The notes under the pieces: generated by a model
Databases searched by the model: none
What the model saw: only the letters and a program-made list of their open reading frames with translations
Told to the model about the DNA's origin: nothing
Source of the DNA: an uncultured Candidatus Poseidoniales archaeon
Lineage (GTDB): Archaea > Thermoplasmatota > Poseidoniia > Poseidoniales > Thalassarchaeaceae
DNA: 60,556 bases
Direction: 5' to 3'
Assembly (NCBI GenBank): GCA_964342465.1
Contig: CAYFFQ010000002.1
Coordinates: forward strand, 1 to 60,556
Translations under genes and position numbers: made by a program
Shown: in pieces, positions 10,168 through 19,622 of the stretch
How positions within the stretch are numbered: position 1 is the stretch's first letter
Layout of the letters: each line of letters begins with the position of its first letter

Positions 10168-10186
10168 CGCCCCCTCGGAGGGGGCG
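10168..10186 (+). terminator. GC-rich hairpin downstream of pntB
   Basis: CGCCCCCTC-G-GAGGGGGCG, 9-bp arms, 25 nt after the stop; no clear T-tract. Confidence 0.4.
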
Positions 10187-10243
10187 GCCAACAAGCAACG
10201 GTTATGAAGCGCCCACAATTCGACAGCCTTGACAGGTGTCGCC

Positions 10244-11251
10244 ATGCGTCTATTGACTGCCCGTTCTGTTATCGTGGTTTCATTGGTTTTGCTCCTCGCG
10301 TCAGGGGTGCTCGCATCATCCGGCGGCCCACCTGCTGATAACTCCGCAGGCGACTCAACCGTCACTTCAGGGTGTAACTGTCACGGCGTCGGCGCACCGA
10401 CCAACGGTGTTGCAGCAAAGAACGTCATAGTCTCAATTTCCAACGTGCCCTACGCCTATGCGGCGGGTGGGGTCTATGAAATGACCATCACACTGGAACA
10501 TTCAACCAACACCGCCGGCGGCTTCATGCTCTCATCCGGCGGTGTCGGTACATTCTCTTGGCAGGATGGAGCCAACATCAGACCAGCGGATGGTAGTGCC
10601 GACCCGAAAAGTGCTACTTCAACATCAGATGACATCTCCCAGTCAAAGACGACTGACCCAGCCACTTGGACCTTCACTTGGACAGCACCGGCTGACGATT
10701 CAGGAGATGTTGCATTTTTCTTGGCTGGTAATTCGGTTGATGGCCACGGTGCAAATGATGAATCAGATGCTTGGAATCTCCTCTCTTTCGTCATCAATTC
10801 ACCCTCCTCAGCATCAGCACAACCCGATACTTCGAGCAGGGTGCTCTCTGTGGGTGACTATGACAGCCTCTTCGTCAGCGAACCCGACCCAGCTGCTATT
10901 GAGCATGAGAAACAGTTGGTGTTGGCTCAAGCGGTATTCGACAACGGTAATCTTCTCTATTGGTCCACTCTGACCATTCTTATCATCGGGGCGGTATTTC
11001 AGCGAGAAATTCTTGAGCGCCAATCAGCGGGTGGACCTGAACATCTCGCCGCAGAACTGGCTTATCCCCAAGGTCTCAAGCGGGGTGTGCTGGCAGTAGT
11101 CCTCCTTGTAGTCGGACTGAAACTTCTAACTGGTGGTTCTGCTACTTACCTTTGGGCTCCCGCCCTATTCGCCTCACTTTGGGCCGCCTATGGGGTCTAT
11201 CGAACGGTCCTCTCTGCCAAGGCGGCACCGACTGTCAAGGATATTATGTGA
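10244..11251 (+). CDS. Secreted/membrane Reeler-like (choice-of-anchor V-like) domain protein
   Basis: Signal peptide then SSGGPP, GCNCHG, WTFTWTAP, FFLAGNSVDG, D.WN motifs; three C-terminal hydrophobic segments; start ATG 10244 with AGGTG upstream. Confidence 0.6.
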   Translation: MRLLTARSVIVVSLVLLLASGVLASSGGPPADNSAGDSTVTSGCNCHGVGAPTNGVAAKNVIVSISNVPYAYAAGGVYEMTITLEHSTNTAGGFMLSSGGVGTFSWQDGANIRPADGSADPKSATSTSDDISQSKTTDPATWTFTWTAPADDSGDVAFFLAGNSVDGHGANDESDAWNLLSFVINSPSSASAQPDTSSRVLSVGDYDSLFVSEPDPAAIEHEKQLVLAQAVFDNGNLLYWSTLTILIIGAVFQREILERQSAGGPEHLAAELAYPQGLKRGVLAVVLLVVGLKLLTGGSATYLWAPALFASLWAAYGVYRTVLSAKAAPTVKDIM

Positions 11252-11261
11252 GGCGAAATGG

Positions 11262-12566
11262 ATGAGTGGGGTCTCCCACCGTGACAGCAACCTACCGTTA
11301 TATGCACACCTGATGGAAGCATCTAGTCGAATCCAGAGGGTTATCTTCGCAGTTGTCCTCTCAGCCATCTTCTGGGCTTTTCTCGTCGACGACTTGTTGC
11401 GATTGTGGCTGGAAACCATACCGCTGGCTGAGGGTGCTGGCACTCTCTCAATCTACAGCCCTTACTCATGGTTGGATGCGAGGTGGACGGCAGTGGCTCT
11501 GCTCTCCTTGTGGACGACCTTACCACTAATCGTTCGTGAGGTTTGGCGTTTCTCCCACCCCGGTCTGCTACCAAAAGAGCGGCGTTGGCTCAGCACGATG
11601 TCGGGCTCAGGCATGGTCTTCGGCACCCTCTTGCTGCTCTTCGGTTGGACTTGGTTGTTCCCACGGATGGTCGAAATAGCACACAATGTGGGGGTACCCG
11701 AGGGGGTAGGCGCTCACTATGATGTCATCTCTCTCTTTGAGATGGCACTCGCACTCTCCGCTTATCTCCTCATCCTCTATCTTGCTACATCTGGCCTTGT
11801 GATGGCCAGAGTTCTCGGTTTGTTGGGGGATGACCCCTTCGACTCGTTTCGTATCAGGTTGCATTTCGTCACTGTTGTGTTTCTCTATCTGATGACGCCC
11901 CCCCCGCTTGCGGGACTGTATTTCTTGGTTGCGCTGACGGTGGTGGCGCTCTCCGAGATTCTGTCCGGCCTCGCGCCTCTCACCGCCGCATCGAGAGGGC
12001 GGCCAGCATCCACGCTCTTTGACAGCGAGGGAGGGGATAGGAAGGTGATGTTCGTCGATTGTCGTTGTGAGGATGCCTGTCCAATCCTTTCCGATGGGAT
12101 GCTGTCCGAAAAAATCGGTTGGATGACGGTCGATTCCCTCTGTCTTGACGAATCCGAAGCGGACCAGTTGATGGAGAGAGTGATGACGGAGAGGCTGACA
12201 GACATCGTCATCTCCGGTTGTGATGGCTCTCCGATTCCAGGACGATTGAAAGACTCCTTGGGGGAATTGGGGTGCTCTTTCAGCGGACTGAACATGAACA
12301 GTGAGAGGTTGTGCGCTGATTCCGCCGACATAGAGGTCTCTGAATTCGCCCATCGCCTCTCACTCGCTCGCGCCGCCCAGCCGTGGAGTGACCTCTCTAT
12401 GGGACGCGCTCAACTGCCCCTACTGAGAGAGACTGGATTGTCGGTAAAATATGTGTCATCAGCGTCCGGCAGACTGCCGTGGGGTTTGCGATTGAAGGGA
12501 AATGAGGTTTGGCTTCACTCTCGACCCACTAACGAAGGTGAGTTCCCCGTCACGATGGTCGATTGA
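11262..12566 (+). CDS. tatC: TatC with a C-terminal Cys-containing (HdrA N-terminal-like) domain
   Basis: LPLYAHLME, SPY, PLIVREVWRFSHPGLLPKERR, about 6 TM helices, YLMTPP; start moved to ATG 11262, 10 nt after the previous stop. Confidence 0.8.
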   Translation: MSGVSHRDSNLPLYAHLMEASSRIQRVIFAVVLSAIFWAFLVDDLLRLWLETIPLAEGAGTLSIYSPYSWLDARWTAVALLSLWTTLPLIVREVWRFSHPGLLPKERRWLSTMSGSGMVFGTLLLLFGWTWLFPRMVEIAHNVGVPEGVGAHYDVISLFEMALALSAYLLILYLATSGLVMARVLGLLGDDPFDSFRIRLHFVTVVFLYLMTPPPLAGLYFLVALTVVALSEILSGLAPLTAASRGRPASTLFDSEGGDRKVMFVDCRCEDACPILSDGMLSEKIGWMTVDSLCLDESEADQLMERVMTERLTDIVISGCDGSPIPGRLKDSLGELGCSFSGLNMNSERLCADSADIEVSEFAHRLSLARAAQPWSDLSMGRAQLPLLRETGLSVKYVSSASGRLPWGLRLKGNEVWLHSRPTNEGEFPVTMVD

Positions 12567-12781
12567 GCAGAGGAGGTGTGAATCATCGAATATCAACCGC
12601 ATAATCGGGTGAGGCAGACATCAAGATGGACGACTTCAAACTGGGGATGATCGCCGAGGGCATTTGAATTAATTTTCTCGGCTTCCACCTCTTAAAGATG
12701 GTCGGCAGGGAATGAACAGATGATTACTCAGTCGTTCATCCATCCACATGATTGAAAACAGACGCTGAAGAGGGTTGTTCC

Positions 12782-15226
12782 ATGAAGCCGGCCATCGCCA
12801 TCCCGCTTGCCGCCCTCATTCTGACGGCGGGATGGTATGTCAGCGAAGACCCGACGAGAGTTGGGCCTTTTTTCGATTTTCTCAATGAATACACCAATCA
12901 GATTGAAAACACAGCACCTATGGTGCCACTGCAAGAAAATGAGAACTGGCTCGTCGTGGTCGTTGATTTCCTCGATGCCCCTGAGACAGGTTTCAGAAAC
13001 CCGCAGAAGGCGTTAACCCTGCTGGAAGGCACGGACGGAGCCGACGATTACATTTACCAAATGAGTGGTGGCACCTCAACACTCGATGTGACCGTTCTCT
13101 CAGAAGTATATCATGCACAGCAGCAGAGTGGTTATTGGGGTGCAGATGATGGCGATGTGAGAGATGTCGGAGAGGAAGGTTCGGATGGGCCTGCTGGTCT
13201 AGCGGCATCGGTTATCAAGAACTCATTGACTGGCATTGACCTCGCTCCTTTCGACCTCAATGATGATGGATGGGTGGACCGATTCCTCATTATTCACACC
13301 GCACCCGTGCAGGAAGATTCCGGTGGCTCCTCGGCGATATGGTCGCATTATGGGCCATTGACTGAGGTGGTGGAAGTAGGTGAGTACAAGTTCGACCACT
13401 ATACCATCGCCGGTTTCGATTCGGGTTTCGGGACGACTATCCATGAAATGCTGCACCAGATGGGCGCCATCGACCTCTACGATGTACACGGTCAAGGTAC
13501 GGGCGAAGATTGGAATGGGCTTGGCGATTGGGATGTCATGGCGAGTGGTAATTGGAATGGTGCCAACGGGCTCACTCCGGCGCTGCCCTCCCTCGCTACC
13601 ATGGACCTCATCGGCTTGAACAGGGCCACTGAAGTTTCCATGAACCTGCCTGGTGGCGAATCACAGGAGTATCGGCTATCACCTCTTTCAGATGGAGGAA
13701 ATGGGTTGTTCCTCCAAATATCACCGAGCGAGCGAGTATGGATGTCCTATCGCGCCGATACCGGTTTCGATAGAGAGTTGCCGGGTGCAGGCCTGCTGGT
13801 GACAATTCAGGACGATGCGGTGGGTGACAAGGAACAGAACCTCGTCAACACCGACCCAGACAACCCGTGGCTCTATGTGTTGGAGGCAGATGGTGACTCA
13901 GGCCTCCTCTCAGGCAATGATGAGGGTGACGAAGGTGATGTGTTCACCCCCGGCGATAAGTTTGGCGCAGAGGGTAGAATAATTGTTGACCACTATGGTA
14001 GGGTGGTGCCGTGGTCGGTAGAGGTTCTCACCACCACCGATGATGAGATGGTGATACAGGTCTTGAGTGAAGGAAAACCGCAAGTCGAGATACTCCCTCC
14101 CCATCATCCGATTCAATTACTGCCTCATGAGAATATGGTTGTCACTGTAAATTCCTCTATAGAGTGCGACCTTGTCGCCAATCTAACATCGTCTGACGGC
14201 CGCTCAGTGACCCTTGATGTCAGCCCCACTCTCACCGCCGGTATATTGGTTGAGAGGACCCTGTCATGGGATTCCAACGGCATTCCAACCACCTCTGGTA
14301 GACTTACCGGAGATTTTTCATGCGGTTCGTCGCCTCCAGTTGAGGTGAACATAGAATTCAACACCATCGGGATGCGGCTGAAGACCGAGCAGTTCGATGG
14401 AGATGTTGGATACAAAGGTACCAGTTATTCTGAAGTCCCTCTCCAGTTCGATGGTGCCGGTTCGCAAATGTGGGAAGTTAGGATAGAAGGTGCGTTATCG
14501 CGGATAGCGTCTACCGATGCGACCCAATCTCTTGGTGACGGCTCCATCGTCAACCTCACGATAGAGCCGAACGGACTACTCGTACCGGGTATGGTGGCCA
14601 AGGGGGAAGTCGTCCTCAGAGACCCTCAGGGGCTTGAGCAGTCTCTCGCAGTCACATTGACTGCGGAGCAGTTCGAACAAGGAGGGGAATTGGTCAGGTT
14701 TTTCTCAGATGCGGGGAATCTCATCATGGTCATGGCCGGACTTTTCGCATTTTCAGTTCTGTTGAGTATGACCTCCACAGGTAAGAGCGCGGCGCAGCGA
14801 ATCAGGGATAAAGGCCGAAAAAGAGCTACGCGAAAGGCGGCTTCTCGAGGGGGTAGAAGAGGTATCCAACCCTCTGATACACTTCAGTCACCATTCAATT
14901 CCGAGGAGCCCCGTCGCCCAGAATCCACTCCTGTCTCGCACGATGTCAGTCAGAATACAGTATATCATCGGATGGCGGAAGAGCGATTCGCTGAGGCGGA
15001 GAGGTTGGCGAGAAAACTCGGAATCACCGACACCACCGCCCCTCGGACAGCGGCGAGGCGTTACCCCGAGGGGACACCAGCAAGTCTGCCTGATGCAGAA
15101 ACAGCTATCACAGGCCCGAGTCGACCTACCACCCAAACTAAACCACCCTCTGGCAAGACCGCCCCTTCGCAAGCGAAAGTTAGTCACAATGTGGATGACC
15201 TCTACGGGTTCGATGACATCCTGTAG
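12782..15226 (+). CDS. M6 family (immune inhibitor A-like) metalloprotease, membrane anchored
   Basis: LVVVVDF, DLNDDGWVD..LIIH, IWSH, HEMLHQMG zinc motif, DWDVMASGNWNG; C-terminal TM then a disordered S/P/R/T tail. Confidence 0.88.
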   Translation: MKPAIAIPLAALILTAGWYVSEDPTRVGPFFDFLNEYTNQIENTAPMVPLQENENWLVVVVDFLDAPETGFRNPQKALTLLEGTDGADDYIYQMSGGTSTLDVTVLSEVYHAQQQSGYWGADDGDVRDVGEEGSDGPAGLAASVIKNSLTGIDLAPFDLNDDGWVDRFLIIHTAPVQEDSGGSSAIWSHYGPLTEVVEVGEYKFDHYTIAGFDSGFGTTIHEMLHQMGAIDLYDVHGQGTGEDWNGLGDWDVMASGNWNGANGLTPALPSLATMDLIGLNRATEVSMNLPGGESQEYRLSPLSDGGNGLFLQISPSERVWMSYRADTGFDRELPGAGLLVTIQDDAVGDKEQNLVNTDPDNPWLYVLEADGDSGLLSGNDEGDEGDVFTPGDKFGAEGRIIVDHYGRVVPWSVEVLTTTDDEMVIQVLSEGKPQVEILPPHHPIQLLPHENMVVTVNSSIECDLVANLTSSDGRSVTLDVSPTLTAGILVERTLSWDSNGIPTTSGRLTGDFSCGSSPPVEVNIEFNTIGMRLKTEQFDGDVGYKGTSYSEVPLQFDGAGSQMWEVRIEGALSRIASTDATQSLGDGSIVNLTIEPNGLLVPGMVAKGEVVLRDPQGLEQSLAVTLTAEQFEQGGELVRFFSDAGNLIMVMAGLFAFSVLLSMTSTGKSAAQRIRDKGRKRATRKAASRGGRRGIQPSDTLQSPFNSEEPRRPESTPVSHDVSQNTVYHRMAEERFAEAERLARKLGITDTTAPRTAARRYPEGTPASLPDAETAITGPSRPTTQTKPPSGKTAPSQAKVSHNVDDLYGFDDIL

Positions 15227-15301
15227 TCCGACCCCTATGGCCCACGCCTTCACTTCATCTCGATATGCGGCGCTATCCCCGATTCAAGGGTAGGACATCA
15301 G

Positions 15302-16009
15302 TCAGTGATGTGTGACCGCAGTAAGTAAATCTTCACTTTGGTTCGCCACATTGTTGACCTGCTGAGAAACTTCATGGTGGTCGATTTCGAGCGAAACCGC
15401 ATCCACACGCTCTCTGTCAACACATTGAATGGCGATTTCTGCGGATAGAGAGGTGTCCAACCACATCTGCCAATCCTCACGACCGAGCAACGCCGGCATG
15501 CGATGGTGAACCGACGAAAATTGTGGGCTGGCTGGAGATGTGATTATCGTGAAGGATTCTATGAGGTCTCCCTCACCACCCGACCATGAAGTCCATAGAC
15601 CGGCCAGCGCTAGTGGTTCCCCGTCCCTGTGATAGTGATAAAATGGAATCCTTTCTCCACCATCCTTCACCCATTCAAACCAGCCGTTGGCAGGGATGAT
15701 GCAACGTCTGCGGCTGGTCAGTGGGGCGAACATCCGCTTCTCCAGAATGCTCTCGACTCGGGCGTTGATGGGCCGAAATCTCGGCTTGTGACCACCCCAG
15801 GATGGATGCAGCCCCCATTTCATAAGTCGAATGTGGCGAGGCGCTTCTCCAATCACGCCGACGGGTGGGGCTGCGAGAATTACTGGGTTCCACGTAGATG
15901 GTGCGATATTGAATCGCGGTTGCGGGGCGATGGATTCGGGTAGGGGTTCACTGTCAAAGTGAATCGCCAGCATCTGCTGGTCTGCATGCAAGGCGAACCG
16001 TCCACACAT
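15302..16009 (-). CDS. SOS response-associated peptidase (SRAP/HMCES/YedK family)
   Basis: N-terminal MCGRF (catalytic Cys2), RFNIAPS, INARVES, RRCIIPANGWFEW, LALAGLW, VHHRMP; true start ATG 16009. Confidence 0.95.
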   Translation of the reverse strand: MCGRFALHADQQMLAIHFDSEPLPESIAPQPRFNIAPSTWNPVILAAPPVGVIGEAPRHIRLMKWGLHPSWGGHKPRFRPINARVESILEKRMFAPLTSRRRCIIPANGWFEWVKDGGERIPFYHYHRDGEPLALAGLWTSWSGGEGDLIESFTIITSPASPQFSSVHHRMPALLGREDWQMWLDTSLSAEIAIQCVDRERVDAVSLEIDHHEVSQQVNNVANQSEDLLTAVTHH

Positions 16010-16057
16010 CGTTTCAGGGATGGCCAACCTTCGGTTTGGTCTTTGCGCACACTCACG

Positions 16058-16193
16058 CCCTCACATTCAGTGTGCGGCCGGGAGAGATGTACATCGAGAA
16101 AGGCATCACCCGCACACCCTCACATACAGTGTGCGGTCGGGAGAGATGTACATCGAGAGAGACATCACCCGCACACCCTCACATACAGTGTGC
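16058..16193. repeat. 59-bp tandem repeat, about 2.3 copies
   Basis: CCCTCACA anchors at 16058, 16117, 16176; unit contains the palindrome GATGTACATC and a GCACAC...GTGTGC hairpin. Confidence 0.92.
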
Positions 16194-16211
16194 TTTCACT
16201 TTGAATGTGAG
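16193..16211 (+). promoter_or_regulatory. Candidate DNA-damage-response box upstream of the inactive RadA gene
   Basis: CTTTCACTTTGAATGTGAG; 17/19 identical to the box upstream of the polB2 unit. Confidence 0.5.
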
Positions 16212-16281
16212 TTTAGACCTCCCCCTCTGCGGCAGCAATTGACTTTGCTGACCTTTTGTGGCTACGAGTCGGTGAAATCAG

Positions 16282-17202
16282 ATGAAATCGTTGGACTGGG
16301 ATGATAGCGGTGATGGCGAAGTGGTGCCGACTCCGTGTGAGACCACTGCTTGCGCTGGACATGTGGATGGAGGATGCGGCTGTGGGCGATTCCAGCGAGA
16401 AACGGAGGACACATCAGGGAAGATAGGGTGGTCTGACAGACGCCTCGACGAATCTATGCCACCCCTCCGCCTCGGCACAATCAATTTGCTGCTCAATCAG
16501 GGGGAGCGGATGCGCGACTTGATGATGCGGGTCGCCGTAGTTGAATTGGCGAGCGGATTCCAAGTGCATTGGGTCGATGGAGCGGGTCGCATAGACCCTG
16601 GCAAAATGATGCCGCATCTCAGGAGAGTTGGCTGTGAACCTCGATGCGGGTTGTCCAGATTGAAGGTCAGCCGAGCCCACACTGCCTATCAGTTGGCGGG
16701 ACAGATAGAGAGATTGGTGGGGGCGGGTAGCGGGTTGCACGAACAGAATCGGTTATTCGTCATTGACAACCTGTCGGCGATGTTCTCGGACCCCCAACTC
16801 CTCACTTCAGAGAGTGTTTCTCTTCTCAATCGCGCCATGGCCAACTTGCGTACCTTAGCAGAGAGGGGGGTATGCATTCTCATCTCATCGTCACGGCCGA
16901 GGCAATCCACCACCCATTCGATTCTAGAACGGAGCATGACCAGCCGTAGTGATGTGGTGATCCACGCAAGAATGCAGCACGGCCGAGGTGAAGCGGTTGT
17001 GCAAATGGTATGTCAGGGCGAGCATCGCAGCGTGGTGACTTGGCTTCCGCCCCCTGCATCTCAATCACTTCTTTCTGATTTCAAACCGAATGAATCGAGA
17101 GTCAGCACCAGACTTCTCTCGCCCCTTCGGGATATTCCCTCCTCATCCCAACCGAATGGCGAGAGAATAGCCCAGACCGCCCGCCGCGCCAGCGGCTCAT
17201 AG
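16282..17202 (+). CDS. Inactivated RecA/RadA-fold protein (iRadA, ImuA-like)
   Basis: VHWVDGAGRID, LKVSRAHTAYQL, Walker B-like LFVIDNL; no GxxxxGK Walker A; C-terminal QSLLSDF. Confidence 0.75.
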   Translation: MKSLDWDDSGDGEVVPTPCETTACAGHVDGGCGCGRFQRETEDTSGKIGWSDRRLDESMPPLRLGTINLLLNQGERMRDLMMRVAVVELASGFQVHWVDGAGRIDPGKMMPHLRRVGCEPRCGLSRLKVSRAHTAYQLAGQIERLVGAGSGLHEQNRLFVIDNLSAMFSDPQLLTSESVSLLNRAMANLRTLAERGVCILISSSRPRQSTTHSILERSMTSRSDVVIHARMQHGRGEAVVQMVCQGEHRSVVTWLPPPASQSLLSDFKPNESRVSTRLLSPLRDIPSSSQPNGERIAQTARRASGS

Positions 17203-19496
17203 AATCCCACATCACCTTTCATCCCTGAAACTGAATCAGCACCTAACCTGATTTCGGCGGCCAATCTCACCCGTTCAGACAAATCGTTCGCCCTCCATGC
17301 GACAACCGCAAAATGGATTTTCCTGCCGGCAGGGGCCGCATGGCCAAGGGCGGCAGCTCTTGATAGAGCAGCAGTCGTAATCGTTGTCACCCTCTGGTCA
17401 CCTAATTCCTTGCGAATTCGTCTCCCTACGATAAGGTCTGATAGTGGTATCTCACCATTTGTGAGCGACTCCAACTGCTCATGCAAGTAATTGATAACTC
17501 TGAGTTGGTTGTCATGCGTCGTATCGAATTTCAGGGTCTCGAGTGCCTCTCTCTGCAATCGCTCAACCCACGGACAGGTGGAGTGCTGACGCAGTTCTAT
17601 CCCTCTGACTTTCCACCCCTCGCCACCGTGACCGAAGTACTTGGTCAGAGCGCCTACACCGCTGGTTCTGTTGGGGATGAAGCAGATCCATTCATATTCA
17701 TCTTCCAAGTCTATGGGAATGCCAATTTGATTCAACACCTTCTCCTTGATACTCTCTATAGACCGCAACCTGTCGCTACTTGACCTCGCTTGTGTATCGG
17801 TTAGCCACATTGAATCGACAATGGCATGCAGAGTCTCCCAACCCTCTTCAGTGGCAATCTCAATCGCCTGTAAAAGAATCTCACGCGCCCATGCGCAAAT
17901 CGCTTCATGGCATTCGATTCTGCCGAATCTTGCATTTCGGTAGCCGGTATAACCGAAACAGGTGACCAAGACCCATTTGAGGGCGTTCTGCCGCCCATCC
18001 CACACATCACCCTTTTCCACTCGGCGGCTTTTCAGTTGAGCCCGCCTTTCGATTATCGGGGCGACAACCCTGCCGAGAAACCCATGCCGCCTCGTACAGG
18101 TGTGTAGGTTCAGTTCCGGCACATCAAGAACCATCTCGACATCATTGCTGGGGTCCAATCTCCGAGCCACTTCCTCAGCCGCCTCATCGGTGAGGAGAGG
18201 TAGTTTTCCATCAATTGTCTCACCCATTGGGGGTGGCTGACAACAGAGGCAGTTGAGGGTCTCGGGACTGATGTTGCGGGTAGCGATGATGCTTGGGAAC
18301 AGCGAGGCAAAATCGAGTTCAACGACCCTTTCGTGGTATCCACTCACAGGGTCGAGGTAGAGGCCGCCGCGGTCAGCGGCCAGCAACTCCAATCCATCCT
18401 TGACATCCTCGGGGCGGTTCTTTTTCCAAGGCACTAGGACACCATCTTCCATCGCCAGCCGCATCTGCATGGCGCTAATCGCTGAGCCGGGTGAGAGGCG
18501 AGATATATCCTGTCCCGATAGACCGGCCATACGAGCCAGTTCAATAAGACCAGAAACTCCACCCTCTCGGACGATGAAGGAACCGGCCATGTCGATGTGG
18601 ATTCTACCCTCAAGTGCATGATAGGACTCTCTGCGCAACAACCTCCCGTATGACCATGTGGTTCTCCCCTTGGTGCGTGGAGTAAGTCCCTTCTCACTTC
18701 GACCCAACAGGAGTGGTTCATCGATTGATGCAGCGAGCCGCCTCAATGCCGGTAGGTCTACGCTGTCGCCGGCATCGGTGACTATCACATCGGGGTCCAG
18801 TGACCGAATGAGATGATGTAGTCGCGCCAACATCTCGCTTGGCGGCTCCCTCTTGATGGTGTACACTGGCCCATCTTCCTCTCTGCCCACGACCCCTCGC
18901 TCCTGAATTGTGATGGATGACAGTTCAGCAGCAGGTCTCCGCTGTCCATGTTGGTCGTGGCAATCACAGTGGAGATGAATGATTTTCAATGGGGGGAGGT
19001 CTAATGAGAGGTCCAGCCTCTCATCGATGGCGGTGATTACATTTCCTTCCACGCTGACCCTTCCAAATGGATGGACACCTCTATCCAAGAGGTGTCGCTG
19101 TGCCATTTTCTGGTCGACGGAATAGAGATGGTGGTGATGCCAATCGCCTCGCCCATCTATCGCTGCTGCAAGTTGGGCGAGGCGCGAAGGCCTGTCTGTT
19201 GACACGGATAAAACGGTGGTCGCCCTCTCCGCCCCAAGTTCGGTTGAATGTCTTTCAAATCGGCATCGTAGGTTTCCGAAAGCGGTATGCAGTTCCGGCT
19301 CTCCGAGCCAGCGTGCCAATTGTTCCAACCTCTCTATGTCGGCTGCAACATGGAGGGCGACTCTCCATCTCTCTCTCACGGAGATGGCCTTGCCACCTTC
19401 CAATTTGACCCAGACGACCATCTCGTCACCATCGAGGTGACAGTCCAGCACCCATCCCCTGTGGGCTGAATTTTCATTGCCATCGTCTGTCATCAC
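17061..19496 (-). CDS. polB2: Family B DNA polymerase, archaeal PolB2 type
   Basis: Motif A LDFASLFPSII..NISPET, motif B RQNALKWVLVTCFGYTGY, motif C HAIVDS (vs YGDTDS), KVRGIELR; degenerate exonuclease motifs. Confidence 0.9.
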   Translation of the reverse strand: MMTDDGNENSAHRGWVLDCHLDGDEMVVWVKLEGGKAISVRERWRVALHVAADIERLEQLARWLGEPELHTAFGNLRCRFERHSTELGAERATTVLSVSTDRPSRLAQLAAAIDGRGDWHHHHLYSVDQKMAQRHLLDRGVHPFGRVSVEGNVITAIDERLDLSLDLPPLKIIHLHCDCHDQHGQRRPAAELSSITIQERGVVGREEDGPVYTIKREPPSEMLARLHHLIRSLDPDVIVTDAGDSVDLPALRRLAASIDEPLLLGRSEKGLTPRTKGRTTWSYGRLLRRESYHALEGRIHIDMAGSFIVREGGVSGLIELARMAGLSGQDISRLSPGSAISAMQMRLAMEDGVLVPWKKNRPEDVKDGLELLAADRGGLYLDPVSGYHERVVELDFASLFPSIIATRNISPETLNCLCCQPPPMGETIDGKLPLLTDEAAEEVARRLDPSNDVEMVLDVPELNLHTCTRRHGFLGRVVAPIIERRAQLKSRRVEKGDVWDGRQNALKWVLVTCFGYTGYRNARFGRIECHEAICAWAREILLQAIEIATEEGWETLHAIVDSMWLTDTQARSSSDRLRSIESIKEKVLNQIGIPIDLEDEYEWICFIPNRTSGVGALTKYFGHGGEGWKVRGIELRQHSTCPWVERLQREALETLKFDTTHDNQLRVINYLHEQLESLTNGEIPLSDLIVGRRIRKELGDQRVTTITTAALSRAAALGHAAPAGRKIHFAVVAWRANDLSERVRLAAEIRLGADSVSGMKGDVGFYEPLARRAVWAILSPFGWDEEGISRRGERSLVLTLDSFGLKSERSD

Positions 19497-19622
19497 AATC
19501 CTCCACTAACGGGTTTGTCAACCTCCATGTATGCGACATCACCACAACAGACATCTCTTTCTCTCCCAAGGGGTCGCCACCCCGCTACAACAGTCATTCG
19601 GCAAATTGGCGAGTGAAATGGC

